NCBI GenBank assembly: GCA_003971905.1
Contig: RSEE01000012.1
Coordinates: 496,001 to 560,000 of the forward strand
Source of the DNA: Moniliella sp. 'wahieum'
Lineage: Eukaryota
Length of the DNA stretch: 64,000 nucleotides
Direction: 5' to 3'
Part shown: positions 63,076 to 64,000 of the stretch, in pieces
How the letters are laid out: each line of letters begins with the position of its first letter
Numbering within the stretch: the first letter of the stretch is position 1
Made by a program: the position numbers and the translations under genes
Notes under the pieces: model-generated
Databases searched by the model: none
Told to the model about the DNA's origin: nothing
Seen by the model: only the letters and a program-made list of their open reading frames with translations

Positions 63076-63819
63076 GAACTGTGAGGAATTTGGAATGTCC
63101 AGGCTTGAGAGTGGCCATGTACCCGCGAAAGATCTGCCACTGATTCAGATGCACTGTGGCTCTCCCTTCTCTTCCACCCCCGCCTATTGGAGCTATTTCG
63201 TTCCTCACACCCTGCTTTCCGTCCTATACTGTCATCGTTATTCAAGCCTCTGTTTCTTGTCCGCACTTTGCGACGTTCTAATCGTTTGTCATTCACGTCG
63301 TGTTGTCGCTCTTTTTGTTTAACCACGAACTACGTTGTCTATAGCTGATAGGAGATTTGCGGAGATAGGTGTTCGACGGTCAAAACATACCCTTGAGAGG
63401 TCCAACGTCCACATCAATTTGTCCTTCATTCGCTTTCCAAGGGTAGTCGGAGCGGTGGCTGCGAAGCAGGCACACTTCCATGCTATACTCTTTGTATTGG
63501 TCCCGTCTCCTGGCCTAGTTAGTCCAAATGATGCGTCCACGACACATTGCATATTTCCGGATAAGAATGCATGCACATCATTATGGTGGGTTGGTTTTTC
63601 TTTGCCCGCTTGGGGATTTGGGCCTGGTTTGAGACTGTTTTTTCAAGGAAATCTGTCCCTCCCTCTTTGCAAACCAAGCAGGTTGGCACTACAAACCCCA
63701 AACGTAGGCGGGGAGAAAGGAGGGGGATCAAGAAATGCATGGTCCACACCTCGCTCGAGGTGTAGAACAACAGCTGAGGACATGAATTGCATCCCCCGCC
63801 TTTTGGAGGTGAAGTCGCT

Positions 63820-63991
63820 TTACTTGAGCACCTTCTTCTTGCGCAGCTGCGACGAGTGGCCGCACTTGCGCTTACGGCAGTTGGTCGCACGGGGAGGAAG
63901 GCGCGCGTAGCACTTGCGGCAAATCTGCTTCTCCACGTTCGTCTTCGACGCGAGGACCTTGAGCGATGGCTCAATGATACCACCCAGCAGG
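63820..63991 (-). CDS. RPL40: Last exon of ubiquitin(-like)-60S ribosomal protein eL40 fusion; 5' part outside window
   Basis: [56 protein letters not shown], preceded by a TAG acceptor. Confidence 0.93.
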
Positions 63992-64000
63992 CTAGCGGAG

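Overview
Gene-dense, GC-rich eukaryotic DNA from a fungus. It is most likely an intron-poor basidiomycete (inference from gene families and GT(A/G)NGT...CTGAC/CTAAC...YAG introns). About 21 protein genes are recognisable: a sugar porter, an F-box protein, YOP1, a PH-domain protein, an RNI-like LRR protein, SVF1, a Djp1-like DnaJ, an AGC1-like carrier, ILV5, a GFA/CENP-V protein, DUF3605, a PHO13-like HAD phosphatase, DUF1764, SEC23, an LRR-RhoGEF-PH protein, an LtrA-family protein, the 3' end of ubiquitin-eL40, and several hypotheticals. Almost all carry frameshifts that look like assembly indel errors, so boundaries are approximate. Promoter-side intergenic regions hold decayed mobile DNA: two Ty3/gypsy remnants, a CRE-like non-LTR endonuclease remnant, three copies of a short Helitron-like family, and a SLY41/TPT-family pseudogene. 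The most striking unexplained signal is a recurring intergenic 7-bp grammar: T-N-A triplets (mostly TGA/TCA) in phase, separated by 4-bp palindromes. Thirteen of the 16 possible palindromes were seen, sometimes mixed within one array. These arrays cluster upstream of genes and are essentially absent from convergent (terminator-side) gaps.
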